Shown piece after piece: positions 17,655 through 27,822 of a stretch of 64,000 nucleotides of DNA. Position 1 is the stretch's first letter. Every line of letters begins with the position of its first letter. The notes below the pieces were generated by a model, which ran no database searches, was not told where the DNA came from, and saw only the letters and a list, made by a program, of their open reading frames with translations. This DNA is from an uncultured Gemmatimonadota bacterium (GTDB taxonomy: Bacteria; GCA-2686955): NCBI GenBank assembly GCA_964490075.1, contig CAZBBK010000029.1, forward strand, positions 383 to 64,382, written 5' to 3'. The position numbers were made by a program, and so were the translations under genes.

Positions 17655-19199
17655 ATGCCCAAAGCGGATCGCCGAATGGAGAGGCAAGAGAGGTTCGTTG
17701 AGTCGTTGACCTCGAAATTCGGGAGGAGACTGGGGGCTTCCCCAGAGAGCCGGCGAGACGAGCTGCTCACCCAGGCGGTGCTCTTCGCCCTGCAGGAAAG
17801 CGGCCTGGACTGGGATCTGGCGCCACGCGCGGCGGCGATCGAGACGGTGACCGGCACCTTGACCGTGCAGACATCGAATCTGAACGCCCCGGTACGTTCC
17901 GAGGTCAGCCGCACGGTGATCAACACGGTGATGCAGACCTGCGAGCCGATCCTGATCACGGAGTCGCCCCAGAGCGACGATTTCCTGAGCTCGACCAGCG
18001 TCACTCAGCTCGGCCTGCAGTCGATTCTCTGCGTGCCGGTCCCACACCCGACGCGGCGCAACCGCGCGATCGCGGTGATCTACTACGACAGTCGCGAGCC
18101 GGGCACCTTCGGGGTCGAGGATCTGGCGTTCCTGGAAGATGTCGTCGACCTCTGCGCGCCGGCATTTCTGGCGCTCGATGCACCCTATCCGGCGCTGCCG
18201 CCCGAGCTGATCCGACACAGCAAGCCCTTCAGTCGCGTGGTGCGCGCCCTGCGGAGGCAGCACAACGCCGGGCGCTCGGTGCTGATCGGCGGCGAGTCCG
18301 GAACCGGCAAGAGCCTGTTGGCCAACTGGCTGCGGGAGCACGGCCCGCGCAGCCAGATCCGCAGCGTGCGCATCGACTGCAGCCGCGGCGAAGAGGTGAG
18401 CGTGAGGCTCTTCGGCCGCGTCCAGGCCGGCATGGGAACCACCACCCGTCGTCGCAGCGCCATCGATGTCGCGCACCGGGGAGCGCTGATCCTGGAGCAG
18501 GTCGACGCTCTCACGCCGGACCTGCAAGCGCGGCTCCTGGCGCGGCTCGAGAGCGAAGAGAACGACGTGGTCATCATCGCCACCGAATCGCGCTCGATCC
18601 CCCGGATGATCGAGGATGGCCGATTCAGCCGCGGTCTTTTCGCGGCCCTCGGGGGGCGCCTCTACGTCGTGCCTCCGCTGCGCAACCGCCCGGAGGATCT
18701 GGAGGCGATCGCCCGCAGCATGATCGAGAGGGCGGGATTCGAGCTCGATCCGGCGCTCTTGGAGGCGCTGGCGGCGCGCTCCTGGCCGGGCAACGTTCGC
18801 CAGCTCGTCGAGACCCTGGAGCAGATGCTGTGGAAGGTCGTGGCGCGCGATCAGCTGGAGCTCAAGGCCGATGCCCTGCCGGCCTCCGCGGCCGAGATCG
18901 AGACCCAGGGCCAGACCACCGAGCCCGTGACCGGCGGCGTCGAGGAGGTCGCCCTGCGACAGCTGCGCGCCACCCTCGACGATCTGCCGATTCTGCCCTT
19001 CCGCCAGGTGGCTTCGGTGGTCTACGCCGCCGCGCTGCAGCGCCATGACGGCAACGTCTCCGCCGCCGCCAGGGCGCTGCGACTCAACCGCAACACCTTC
19101 TACTCGAGGATCGAGAAGGCCGGATTGGAGATCGATCGGACCCGCGACAACACCAACCATCGTGGTGACGAGGTGGCGGTGGAAGCGGAAGAGGAGTAG
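17655..19199 (+). CDS. Sigma-54-dependent transcriptional activator (GAF sensor, AAA+ and Fis-type HTH domains)
   Basis: The AAA+ domain has Walker A (GESGTGKS) and WPGNVRQL motifs. The C-terminal HTH reads GNVSAAARALRLNRNTFYSRI. The N-terminal region is GAF-like. A GGGAGGTG lies 3 nt before the ATG. Confidence 0.8.
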   Translation: MPKADRRMERQERFVESLTSKFGRRLGASPESRRDELLTQAVLFALQESGLDWDLAPRAAAIETVTGTLTVQTSNLNAPVRSEVSRTVINTVMQTCEPILITESPQSDDFLSSTSVTQLGLQSILCVPVPHPTRRNRAIAVIYYDSREPGTFGVEDLAFLEDVVDLCAPAFLALDAPYPALPPELIRHSKPFSRVVRALRRQHNAGRSVLIGGESGTGKSLLANWLREHGPRSQIRSVRIDCSRGEEVSVRLFGRVQAGMGTTTRRRSAIDVAHRGALILEQVDALTPDLQARLLARLESEENDVVIIATESRSIPRMIEDGRFSRGLFAALGGRLYVVPPLRNRPEDLEAIARSMIERAGFELDPALLEALAARSWPGNVRQLVETLEQMLWKVVARDQLELKADALPASAAEIETQGQTTEPVTGGVEEVALRQLRATLDDLPILPFRQVASVVYAAALQRHDGNVSAAARALRLNRNTFYSRIEKAGLEIDRTRDNTNHRGDEVAVEAEEE

Positions 19200-19209
19200 G
19201 CCTCATCTC

Positions 19210-20457
19210 TCAAAACCGGTAGCGAGCTCGCAGGTAGAAATTGTCGCCGCGGTCCAGGTCGCCGAAGAGCGTGCCTGGATCGCCATAGAAGAGATTGGCT
19301 CCGAGCGCCAGTTGGATCTCGTCGGTGTGGTCGTAGGCCACCAAGGGGCGCCAGTGGCCGTCGGCATCCGCCGGCGAGTGCAGGCCGAAGAGCGAGAGGC
19401 GCACGGAGTCGTAGTAGAGACGCTTTTCGAGCCGCAGCGTTACCAGCTGCCGGTCGCCGGGGGGCTCCGGCGTGCCGAGCGTCCGGGCGGCCTCCAGGAG
19501 CGAGTCGTGGTCGAGCTGCCACGCATGGTAGACCTGTAGCTCCCACGACGCACCGCCGCCGAAGGAGCGCTGGTAGCCGGCGATTGCGTCGATCCGCCCG
19601 CCGGGAAGCAGGGGATCGTCGCCGCTGGAGTTGTCCGAGATGTCTCGCAGCGCCCCCTCCAGCCAGAACACGCCGCCCGCCAGGGCTCGGCGCAGGCTGG
19701 AACCGAAGGCCCGCAGCTCGGCGTGATAGGGGGTGAGGGTCGATGCCTCCATGCGCAGCGCGTCGGGTGTCTTGGTGTAGCCCTGGTAGGCATAGAGCGA
19801 GAGTGTGCCGGAGCCGAGGCGCCGGTGCAGGCGCAGCGCCAGCTCGCCCTCTTCCAGAGAGCCGCCCGGCACCTCGGGCGCCAGGACCGTCATCCCTTCC
19901 GGTGCCGGGAAGTCGACCGGCAGGCGGCGCGGATCGGGCAGCACGTCGGCGTTGAAGCGCGGCGTGTAGACCAGGTCGATCCCGACCGGCAGGCGGTGCA
20001 GCGTGAGTCGAAAGGCGTCGGTCGGCACCTTCAGGTAGGGATCCTCCCGGCCGATGAAGAAGGCGTTCCAGTCTTTGGCGAAGAGATCGTTGGCGAAGAG
20101 CAGGTCGCCGGTTCCCCAGTTCAGCGCCTGGCGCCCGGCCTTCAGCTCCAGGCGATCGTCGAAGGCCTGCAGCTTGAGCCAGGCCTCGCGGATCTCGAGC
20201 GCGCCGGGGGTCGAAGAGGCCGCGTCGCGCACCAGGTCGATGCTGGAGAAGAACTCCCCCTTGTCGTGATAGTCCGAGAGCTGGATCTGCGCACGCACCT
20301 CCTCCAGGGAGAAGTCGTCGGCGGACGTGGCTGTGGCGCGAATTCCGGTGGCGGCCTCCACGAAGCCGTGCAATTCGACCTGGGCCGCTGCCGGGCGCGC
20401 GACGATCTGCGCGGCGCCGAGCATCAGTGCCGCGATCGATGAGTCCAAAAGCTTCAT
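19210..20457 (-). CDS. Outer-membrane beta-barrel protein, DUF1302-like partner of the RND/LolA-like genes
   Basis: It has a signal peptide, alternating amphipathic beta-strands, and a C-terminal aromatic residue (YLRARYRF). It lies 4 nt downstream of the LolA-like gene. Confidence 0.5.
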   Translation of the reverse strand: MKLLDSSIAALMLGAAQIVARPAAAQVELHGFVEAATGIRATATSADDFSLEEVRAQIQLSDYHDKGEFFSSIDLVRDAASSTPGALEIREAWLKLQAFDDRLELKAGRQALNWGTGDLLFANDLFAKDWNAFFIGREDPYLKVPTDAFRLTLHRLPVGIDLVYTPRFNADVLPDPRRLPVDFPAPEGMTVLAPEVPGGSLEEGELALRLHRRLGSGTLSLYAYQGYTKTPDALRMEASTLTPYHAELRAFGSSLRRALAGGVFWLEGALRDISDNSSGDDPLLPGGRIDAIAGYQRSFGGGASWELQVYHAWQLDHDSLLEAARTLGTPEPPGDRQLVTLRLEKRLYYDSVRLSLFGLHSPADADGHWRPLVAYDHTDEIQLALGANLFYGDPGTLFGDLDRGDNFYLRARYRF

Positions 20458-20461
20458 GACA

Positions 20462-21277
20462 TCAACCTCCGATCAGCTCGCGCGGCGGCGTGCGCAGCCG
20501 CCCCTCGGTAAACACATCGTCGTCGACGGCCAGGTCGTAGCCGATGCCGGAGAAGGTCACCGTCGACGTGCTCCTCTTCTTCACGTTGGTCATCGACTGC
20601 GCGGTGATCGTCATGTGGCCATCGATCTCGGCGGTGGCCTTGCTCTGGAACACACGCTCCAGCTCGTCCTTCTTGCCGTAGTACTCCGCCTTGATCGGCA
20701 ACCACGTCGCCTGGTCGACCCAGGTCAGCTTGCGGCTGTAGGACGACTTCCGACCCTCGGACGGTCGCGATTCGATCACATAGGCTGCGTGTTCCTCGAG
20801 CGTCTCTTCGCGCAGCAGAACGTGCTGGTCCTCGGCCCAGTGCCTGCCGCTCACGTCCTCGTAGTTGAAGTCGCTGCCGGCGAAGCTGGAGAACTTGTCG
20901 CGCGCGGAAATCTGTCGCACCAGGTCGATGGCGGGCACGTAGATCCACCGCGCGTCCTCGCCATGCGGCCTCTTCCAGGCCAGAAAGCTCATGCGCCGCA
21001 CGTCGCCGGGCGCCTGGAAGTAGACGAAAAAGCGTTGTTCTCCGCCGTCCTGGGCGTCCTTGCGCACGATCACGAACTCGCGCTTGCGCGTGCGGCCGCG
21101 CTTGTCCTTGATCGTCATCTCGACCGCGGCGCGGCCCGAGTCTCCGGCGTAGTACTGGGCGAGGTGCGAGCGCTCGGCGATCTCTCGCGCGTCGCTCAGC
21201 TGGGCAGCAGCACTCGACGGCGACAGCAGTGTCGCGCAGGCGGTCAGCAGTGCGGTGGTGAATGCTCTTCGTTTCAT
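20462..21277 (-). CDS. LolA-like outer membrane lipoprotein-sorting family protein (DUF1329-like)
   Basis: The translation begins MKRRAFTTALLTACATLLSPSSAAAQ. KLTWVDQATWLPIKAEYYGKKDELERVF is typical of the LolA-like partners of RND/MMPL exporters. A GAAGGAG lies 9 nt before the ATG. Confidence 0.6.
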   Translation of the reverse strand: MKRRAFTTALLTACATLLSPSSAAAQLSDAREIAERSHLAQYYAGDSGRAAVEMTIKDKRGRTRKREFVIVRKDAQDGGEQRFFVYFQAPGDVRRMSFLAWKRPHGEDARWIYVPAIDLVRQISARDKFSSFAGSDFNYEDVSGRHWAEDQHVLLREETLEEHAAYVIESRPSEGRKSSYSRKLTWVDQATWLPIKAEYYGKKDELERVFQSKATAEIDGHMTITAQSMTNVKKRSTSTVTFSGIGYDLAVDDDVFTEGRLRTPPRELIGG

Positions 21278-21291
21278 TTCTTGATACTCCT

Positions 21292-23661
21292 TCAGGAACT
21301 GATGCCGGCGATCTGGGGCTGCTGCTCGCGACATTTTGCGTCGCAGAAGAAGGAGCGATGAGCCAGGCTCAAGATCGCGGGAAGCGAGAACAGAGTGGTG
21401 ATGCCACTGATCAACATGATGGCGAAGAAGAAGGCACCGACCGTGATGTAGGGGACCAGGCTGGAGAAGAACATCGGCACGAAGCCGATGGCGATCACCA
21501 CGATGTTGCGGGCCAGGGCGTGCGCCGGACCCTCGTAGAAGCGCACCATGGTGCGCTCGAAGTCGGCGCCCTCTTCGCGGTAGATCTCGCGGCTGCGTTG
21601 CAGGAAGTGGATCGCAAAGTCGACCGCAAGTCCCAGCGACAGACTCGAGAGCACCGCGACCGGCATGTCGTAGGGGCGACCGGAGTAACCCAGAAATGCA
21701 TAGGTCATCGCGATCGCCGCGCTCAGCGGGATCATCGAGACCAGGCCCAGGCGAACGCTGCGGAAGAGGGCGATCATCATCAGCAGCACCACCGCGATCG
21801 ATCCCGCCAGGGCCTTGCCCATGCCGGCCACCATCTTCTCTTGCCAGACCACGTTGATATAGGGCAGGCCGGTCCATTCCAGCTCGATTCCCGGCGGCAG
21901 GGGATGGGTCGCCACCCAGGCGTTGGCTTCGTCCACCGCGGAGGAGACCGCCTGGTTCTCGCCGGCGCGCATCTGCACCCAGATATTGGCCTGTGAGTAG
22001 TCGGGGCTCACGAACTTGAAGAGATCCTCCGGATCTCCGCCGCTCATCTCGTAGAGGAAGAGGTACTGGGAGGCCTCCTCGCGGGTGGCGGGCAGGATCG
22101 CTTCGCTTCTGTCCTCGCCCTTGAGCTGGAAGCGCATCTTGCGCAGCACGTCGGCGACCGAAGAGGTGGCACCGACATTGTCGTGCTCGTGCAGGTGCCG
22201 TTGAAGCCGGTCGACGTAGCGCAGAAGCTCGGGATCGGTCAACGCGCCGGGCTCTCCCTTGACCACCAGGTGGGCCAGGTAGGTGCCGGCCAGGTGGCCG
22301 TTGAGAACCTGGTCGGCGACTCGAATCGGGTGGTCGGCCTTGAACCAACGAACCGGATTGTCGTTGACCACGATCCGGGTGAGGCCGAAGACCGAGATCG
22401 CGAATACCACAGCGCCGACGGTGGTGAAGAGCTTGCCGCGCGCGCAAGCGTGGCGGCGCATGAAGTGCAGAGCGGCTCCGATCGAGCTTCCGGCGTCGCG
22501 CTTGGAGCTCTCGGCGAAGCGCTCCAGGGTGTCGCGGCCGAGCAGCATGGCGACCGCCGGCAGGAAAGTGAAGGAGAGCGCCCAGGCCAGCGCCACGCCG
22601 ATCGCCACGAAGAGCCCGAAGACCTTGACCGGAGGGATCGGCGTCAGATAGAGCGACAAGAATCCGATCGCGGTGGTGAGCGTCGTGTAGGTGACCGGAA
22701 CGAAGAGCTCGTCGGCGGTCTGGCGGATGGCCGTCGCGACGTTGCCGCTGTGCCGGTAGCGGACTCCCAGCTCGGAGAGCAGGTGGATCGAGCTCAGAAC
22801 CGCGATCGGCACCAGGAAGACGGGGATCATGGAGCTCATGATGTGGACCGTGTGGCCGGTCGCCACCAAGAGCCCCATGGTCGCCGTCACCGTGAGCATC
22901 GCCAGCGCCATCGGCGCCAGCACCACCTTCACGTTGCGGAAGAAGTAGAGCATCAAGAGGAAGATGACCAGAAAGGCGCCGGGAGCGGCCACCGCCATCT
23001 GCATGAACATCTCGCCGCCGAAGGTGTCTTCCGCGATCGGAATGCCGGCGATGTGATACTGCTCGGCGCCGGAGTGGTCGACCACCTGCTCGATCTCGGC
23101 GGCCACTCGACTGGCGACATCTTTCGACTCCAGCGGAACGAAGAGGGCGATCGCCTTGCCCTCGTCCGACGCCAGCTTGCCGCGCAGCATCGGATTGGCC
23201 TTGATCTGCTCGAGGATCCGCCGACTCTCTTGCTGCGTTTCCGGCGCTTCCTCCATCAGGCGCTGGACGCGCAGCACTCCCTCGGGCGTGGTGATGATGT
23301 CGTCCACCTCGGTCGGAGCCAGCACATCCTCTGCCACCACCCCTTCGATCTCGAGAATGGCGTCGGTGAGGGTTGCGACACGGCCCAGGGTGGCCGGATC
23401 GAACACGCCCTGCTCGTTGTTCACGATTCCGACCACGATGAAATCGTGCAGGCCGAAATCCTCCTTCATGTGGTCGGATGCGAGACGAACCGGCTCATCC
23501 GCAGGCAGCATATTTTCCGGATCGGTATCGATGACGATGCGGGGGATCTGCAAGGCGAGCAAGAGGGTCAGCACGACCGAGAGCGCCAGCACCAACTTGG
23601 GGCGCCGGACCGAAAGTTCAACCAATGGTGTCTTCATCGTCATTCCTGTCCGCTCGCGCAT
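21292..23661 (-). CDS. RND-superfamily exporter (MMPL/HpnN-like, 12 TM helices with two periplasmic loops)
   Basis: It has two six-TM bundles with conserved GxxxD/E TM4 and TM10 regions (ALAMLTVTATMGLL, SLGLAVDFAIHFL) and large periplasmic loops. Alternative ATG starts lie at 23643 and 23637. Confidence 0.8.
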   Translation of the reverse strand: MRERTGMTMKTPLVELSVRRPKLVLALSVVLTLLLALQIPRIVIDTDPENMLPADEPVRLASDHMKEDFGLHDFIVVGIVNNEQGVFDPATLGRVATLTDAILEIEGVVAEDVLAPTEVDDIITTPEGVLRVQRLMEEAPETQQESRRILEQIKANPMLRGKLASDEGKAIALFVPLESKDVASRVAAEIEQVVDHSGAEQYHIAGIPIAEDTFGGEMFMQMAVAAPGAFLVIFLLMLYFFRNVKVVLAPMALAMLTVTATMGLLVATGHTVHIMSSMIPVFLVPIAVLSSIHLLSELGVRYRHSGNVATAIRQTADELFVPVTYTTLTTAIGFLSLYLTPIPPVKVFGLFVAIGVALAWALSFTFLPAVAMLLGRDTLERFAESSKRDAGSSIGAALHFMRRHACARGKLFTTVGAVVFAISVFGLTRIVVNDNPVRWFKADHPIRVADQVLNGHLAGTYLAHLVVKGEPGALTDPELLRYVDRLQRHLHEHDNVGATSSVADVLRKMRFQLKGEDRSEAILPATREEASQYLFLYEMSGGDPEDLFKFVSPDYSQANIWVQMRAGENQAVSSAVDEANAWVATHPLPPGIELEWTGLPYINVVWQEKMVAGMGKALAGSIAVVLLMMIALFRSVRLGLVSMIPLSAAIAMTYAFLGYSGRPYDMPVAVLSSLSLGLAVDFAIHFLQRSREIYREEGADFERTMVRFYEGPAHALARNIVVIAIGFVPMFFSSLVPYITVGAFFFAIMLISGITTLFSLPAILSLAHRSFFCDAKCREQQPQIAGISS

Positions 23662-23695
23662 TGGCGAGCGATCTGCGTCTCACAGTTGTCGAGAC

Positions 23696-24019
23696 CTAGT
23701 CCTGCGGCACGGCGCATTCCGTGGGACCGCTGTGGATGCAGCGCAGCACCTGGCTCACACGAGGCTGGGCGAGGCTGTAGTAGACATGCTGTCCCTCGCG
23801 GCGCCCGGCAACGACGCCGTGCCCTTTGAGGATCGCCAGCTGCTGGCTGGTCTGCGCCTGCGGAAGCTCGGCGCATTCGGCGATCTCGCTCACCCTTGCT
23901 TCGCAGCCATCCTTGAGGAGATCGATGATGCGCAGGCGAACGGGATGCGAGATCGCCCGCAACATCGGGGCGACCGCCCGCAGCAGATCCATCGGAAGAA
24001 GGTCTCGTGGCTCACTCAT
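23696..24019 (-). CDS. ArsR/SmtB-family transcriptional regulator
   Basis: It is a 107-aa winged helix-turn-helix protein (PVRLRIIDLLKDGCEARVSEIAE...QQLAILKGHGVV). It is the first gene of the RND/LolA-like/beta-barrel operon. Confidence 0.75.
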   Translation of the reverse strand: MSEPRDLLPMDLLRAVAPMLRAISHPVRLRIIDLLKDGCEARVSEIAECAELPQAQTSQQLAILKGHGVVAGRREGQHVYYSLAQPRVSQVLRCIHSGPTECAVPQD

Positions 24020-24060
24020 AGTGAGATCAAGATATAGCGAGAAGTATATATGTCAAGCAG
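24020..24060 (-). promoter_or_regulatory. Candidate sigma-70-type promoter or ArsR operator in an AT-rich island
   Basis: On the minus strand there is a perfect TTGACA (24056-24051), then 14-16 nt, then TATATC or TATCTT, ending ~10 nt before the arsR ATG. This would give a near-leaderless transcript. Confidence 0.3.
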
Positions 24061-24095
24061 AAAAAACAGGCCTCTTCGCTTCTCGCCTGGGAGAG
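24061..24095 (-). terminator. Candidate intrinsic terminator of the AsmA-family gene
   Basis: The minus strand reads CAGGC-gagaagcgaagag-GCCTG followed by TTTTTT. The stem is short (5-6 bp). Confidence 0.3.
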
Positions 24096-24104
24096 GGGGC
24101 GGGA

Positions 24105-26690
24105 CTACTTCTTCCTCTTCTTCTTCCCGCCAAAGAGCCCTTTGAGCCCCTCCAGTCCCTTTTCTTTGAGCTCTTCTACTTCCCGCGTGACCTGCTCCGC
24201 CACCGAGCTGGAATCGTCCTGCCCGGGATCACCCAGCTCTTCGATCAGTCCGCGGCTCAGCTCCCTTGCCTCTTGCTCGGCGCGCTCCTTGAGCTCTGCC
24301 TGCTCGGTCGCGAGGCGGATGCGCGCGGCCTGGGCCGCGGCGTCCGCGACCCGGCGATCGTCGAAGGAGACCCGGGGAGTGAGCGCGGGGCCCGCGATCC
24401 GGATCGGGATCGGGACCGAGCCGCCGCCGCCGGCCAGCGCCGCGAGGGGGGCGGGCAGTCGCTTCTGGATCGCGGCCAGCGCGGAGGCCGGCAGGCGGAC
24501 GTCGAGGGCGAAGTCGAGCACCCCTTCGAGGGAAACTGCGCCGCCACCGGTGAGCGTGATCCCGGCGGCCTCGATCTTCAGATCGTCGAGTGCCAGAGAG
24601 CCATCGTCGATGCGAATCGTCTGCCGCAGATCGGTGGCCCGCAGGGTGGCGAGATCCGGGGTGGCGAGCAGCTTCGCAAGCTCGGCCTGAGCCGGCAGCC
24701 CCTCGATGGCGAGGGCATCGAAGGCCAGGTCGCCGCTGGCGCTCAAGGACGAGAGCTCGATGCCCAAGGTGTCGTCGAAAGCCCCGCGCGCCCGGACCTC
24801 TGCATCACAACTTCCCCCCAGCCCCCCCGCCAGGCCGCCGAAGCCCTCGAAGGCCGGCGAGGAGCGCACCAGCTCTTGGGCCCGCACTCCCTCGAGCGTG
24901 GTCTCGAGATCGTAGCGCGGCGCCTCGGGATCGCTCAGATCGACCTCGCCGGTGGCTTGCACCGATCCCCCGAAGGCGAGCAGATCGGCCGCGACGATGC
25001 GAATACGCCCCGAATCGAGCTCGGCGCTCGCCGCGAGCTGGCGCATCTCGATTTCGTTCGACACCAGGCGGTCGATCTTCAGCGCCAGGCGGCCGTCGAG
25101 CGGGGGCAGCGGCTCGAACCCCTTCGGCGCCGTGGGATCGGGCGGAAAAAGCTGATCGAGGTCGAGGGTGTGGCTGCGCAGGCGGGCATCGAACTGCGCC
25201 CGCGCGCTTTCCTCGTCGAGCCCGGCCAGCGCCAGCGGGCGATCCAGAACGCCGCTCAGCGCCAGGTCGCTGGCGAGGATCGCGAAGTCGAGCTCGTCGA
25301 TCCACAGGCGCTCGGGCGTGAGCCGCAGGCGGGCGTCGAGGTCGCGGATCGGTCCCGGCAGCGAAGGCTCGCTGAGCCAGACGCTGCGCAGCTCGAGCGC
25401 GCCCTCGATCTCGAGCCCCATCGGGTCTGCGATCGGTCCGCCAATCGCCAGCTCCGCGCTCGCCCCACCCTCCAGCCGCAGCGCCTCGGCGGCGGGGTGC
25501 AGGCGCGCCAGCTCTCCGAGCTCGAGCTCGGCATCGATGGTGGCGGCCAGGCGTGCCTCCGCCGTCGGATTCTCGATCTCGGCCCGCACGCTCAGACGAC
25601 TGCCCGCTGCTCGCGCACCGAAGCGCTCCAGATCGAAACGCTCGGGCGTCAGGTGGGCGCGGATCTCGATCTCTTCGATCGCCGCTCCTTGCTCGCCGTA
25701 GGCCACTCGGCCCTGTTCCAGGAGCAGCCTGAGGTCGTAGTCCAGCTCGGCCGCTCCGGCCTCGATGCCCTCATTCCCCACGCCGCCGGCCGCCGACACC
25801 CGCCCCTGCAGCCGCACGCTTCCTCGTGAGCGCGCGTCGGGGGTGATCGGGAAGAGCTCCGCCGGAAGGAAGGCGAAGATCTCGTCGAGCTGGGCCGGCC
25901 CCCCCTCGAAGAGCAGCTCCACGCCGGGCTGCCCCGAGCCGAGTCGCGACACCACACCGTGGAGCGCCACCGGCAGGCCGCCGAGGCGCAGCCTGGCCTC
26001 GTCGATGTGCAAGCGGTCTTCGCCGGTCTCGTAGCGCAGCTCCTTGGAGAGCTCCAGGCGCAGCCCCTGACCCAGCCGCCCCGCGGGTGTGTGCAGCACC
26101 AGCTTCTCGATGCTGCTGCGGCCCTCGAGCTGAATCGTCTGCTGCTCCGGGCTCAGCGCCGCCCGCAGCTCCTCGGAGAAGCCCTCGATCTCCGCCACGG
26201 GTGCGCCCTTCGCGTCCCGGACGTCGATCCGACCCTCCTCGATCCGCAGGCTCTCGACCACGATCGCCAGCGGCAGCGCTCCCTCGCGCGCGGCGCTTCG
26301 CGGCTCGTCCGCACCCGCACCCGCGCCGGCCGCTTCGTCGGCGAGCACGATCTCGAGCTCGGGCCGCTCGATGTCGATGCCGCGCACCACCAGGTTGCCA
26401 CGCAGCAGGGGCGGCAGGGCCAGCTCGAGCGCCACGCTCGCCACCCGCACCAGGGGCGCACCCGGGGCCGCGCTCTCGCCGACGCCGAGATCCTCGAGGC
26501 GCAGCCGCAGGCCGCCGATCAGGCCGAGCGACACATCGCCCACCCTCACCGGCCGCTCGAGCGCCTCGGAGAGGCGCGCCACCGCTAGATCGCGAATGCG
26601 CTCCTCGGGAAAGAAGACCAGCACGAGCGCGACCGCCACCACGGCCGCGCCCGCGATCCAGGCGATGGCTTTGAGCGTTGCCCGCATCAT
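24105..26690 (-). CDS. AsmA-family protein (AsmA/TamB-like outer-membrane biogenesis protein)
   Basis: It has an N-terminal TM anchor (MMRATLKAIAWIAGAAVVAVALVLVFF), a long repetitive beta-rich body with DxxLxLxG-type repeats, and a Lys-rich tail. Confidence 0.7.
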   Translation of the reverse strand: MMRATLKAIAWIAGAAVVAVALVLVFFPEERIRDLAVARLSEALERPVRVGDVSLGLIGGLRLRLEDLGVGESAAPGAPLVRVASVALELALPPLLRGNLVVRGIDIERPELEIVLADEAAGAGAGADEPRSAAREGALPLAIVVESLRIEEGRIDVRDAKGAPVAEIEGFSEELRAALSPEQQTIQLEGRSSIEKLVLHTPAGRLGQGLRLELSKELRYETGEDRLHIDEARLRLGGLPVALHGVVSRLGSGQPGVELLFEGGPAQLDEIFAFLPAELFPITPDARSRGSVRLQGRVSAAGGVGNEGIEAGAAELDYDLRLLLEQGRVAYGEQGAAIEEIEIRAHLTPERFDLERFGARAAGSRLSVRAEIENPTAEARLAATIDAELELGELARLHPAAEALRLEGGASAELAIGGPIADPMGLEIEGALELRSVWLSEPSLPGPIRDLDARLRLTPERLWIDELDFAILASDLALSGVLDRPLALAGLDEESARAQFDARLRSHTLDLDQLFPPDPTAPKGFEPLPPLDGRLALKIDRLVSNEIEMRQLAASAELDSGRIRIVAADLLAFGGSVQATGEVDLSDPEAPRYDLETTLEGVRAQELVRSSPAFEGFGGLAGGLGGSCDAEVRARGAFDDTLGIELSSLSASGDLAFDALAIEGLPAQAELAKLLATPDLATLRATDLRQTIRIDDGSLALDDLKIEAAGITLTGGGAVSLEGVLDFALDVRLPASALAAIQKRLPAPLAALAGGGGSVPIPIRIAGPALTPRVSFDDRRVADAAAQAARIRLATEQAELKERAEQEARELSRGLIEELGDPGQDDSSSVAEQVTREVEELKEKGLEGLKGLFGGKKKRKK

Positions 26691-26707
26691 CGCCAGCGCT
26701 GGACCTC

Positions 26708-27685
26708 TCAGAGGAGGTCTTCGATGGCCTCGCGCTCGGCGCGCAGCTCGGCTTCGCTGGCGTCCATCCGCTCGCGGCTCGGGCCGTCGATCTCGAGCCC
26801 CTGCACGATCTGGTAGCCAGCGTTCTTGCAGGTGACCGGGAACGAGTAGACCACGCCCGGCGCGATGCCGTAGCTGCCGTCGGAGGGAACCGCCATGCTC
26901 ACCCAGTCGTTGGCCGGACTGCCGAGGATCCAGTCGCGCATGTTGTCGATCGCCGCCGACGCCGCCGATGCCGCCGACGAGGCGCCGCGCGCCTTGATGA
27001 TGGCGGCACCGCGCTTCTGCACGGTCGGGATGAACTCGCCGTCGACCCACGCGCCCTCGACCATCCCCTTGGCAAGCTCGCCGCGCACCAGGGTGTGGTT
27101 GATGTCGGGATACTGGGTCAACGAGTGGTTGCCCCAGATGGTCATGCGCCGGATCTCGCCGACGTGGGTGCCGGTCTTCTCGGAGAGCTGGCTCAGCGCC
27201 CGGTTGTGATCGAGGCGGGTCATCGCCGTGATCTGATTCGGCCGCAGATCGGGAGCGTTGCTGGCCGTGATCAGGGCGTTGGTATTGGCCGGATTGCCGA
27301 CCACCAGCACCCGCACCTCGCGGTCGGCGTGGTCGTTCAGCGCCTTGCCCTGGACCGAGAAGATCTTGGCGTTTTCGAGCAGCAGATCGCTGCGCTCCAT
27401 GCCCGGGCCGCGCGGCTTGGCGCCCACCAGGATGGCGTAGTTGGTGTCGCGGAAGGCCACGTTGGGATCATCGGTCGCCACCACGCCGTGCAAGGTGGAG
27501 AAGGCGCAGTCGTTCAGCTCCATGACCACGCCCTGCAACGCGCCGAGCGCCGGGGGAATCTCCAGAAGCTGGAGGATGATCGGTTGCTCGGGTCCGAACA
27601 TCTGTCCCGAGGCGATGCGGAAGGCCAAGGCATAGCCGATCTGACCGGCCGCGCCGGTGATGGCTACGCGGACGGGTTCGTTCAT
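26708..27685 (-). CDS. mdh: Malate dehydrogenase
   Basis: [16 protein letters not shown] is the NAD-binding site. [13 protein letters not shown] and IWGNHS are conserved catalytic motifs. A GGAG lies 9 nt before the ATG. Confidence 0.85.
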   Translation of the reverse strand: MNEPVRVAITGAAGQIGYALAFRIASGQMFGPEQPIILQLLEIPPALGALQGVVMELNDCAFSTLHGVVATDDPNVAFRDTNYAILVGAKPRGPGMERSDLLLENAKIFSVQGKALNDHADREVRVLVVGNPANTNALITASNAPDLRPNQITAMTRLDHNRALSQLSEKTGTHVGEIRRMTIWGNHSLTQYPDINHTLVRGELAKGMVEGAWVDGEFIPTVQKRGAAIIKARGASSAASAASAAIDNMRDWILGSPANDWVSMAVPSDGSYGIAPGVVYSFPVTCKNAGYQIVQGLEIDGPSRERMDASEAELRAEREAIEDLL

Positions 27686-27822
27686 TTCGCTACTCCAATT
27701 CGAGCCGTGAGGACGTTTTTGCCAACCGCGCGCCACGCTACCACTTTTGATCCGAGGAAGGGCCCACAATCTGTTCCGCGAAGCGGCGGTCAAGCCAATC
27801 GCGCCTCGCGCCGATCTACTCC

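Noticed and set aside
17457-19160. 567-aa minus-strand ORF antisense to the sigma-54 activator
   Set aside because: It is a shadow ORF. The sense frame has Walker A, GAFTGA-region and Fis HTH motifs.
21278-22447. Upstream 390 aa of ORF 20462..22447 (-)
   Set aside because: Only the last 272 codons form the LolA-like protein, which has its own RBS and signal peptide. The upstream extension is Arg/Pro-rich read-through inside the RND gene in another frame.
27686-27822. Sigma-54 (-24 GG / -12 GC) promoter upstream of the pilus cluster, and likewise upstream of 10712 and 30809
   Set aside because: No TGGCAC-N5-TTGC-like match with correct spacing was found by eye. The pilin gene is only 23 bp behind gspF, so it is probably co-transcribed.
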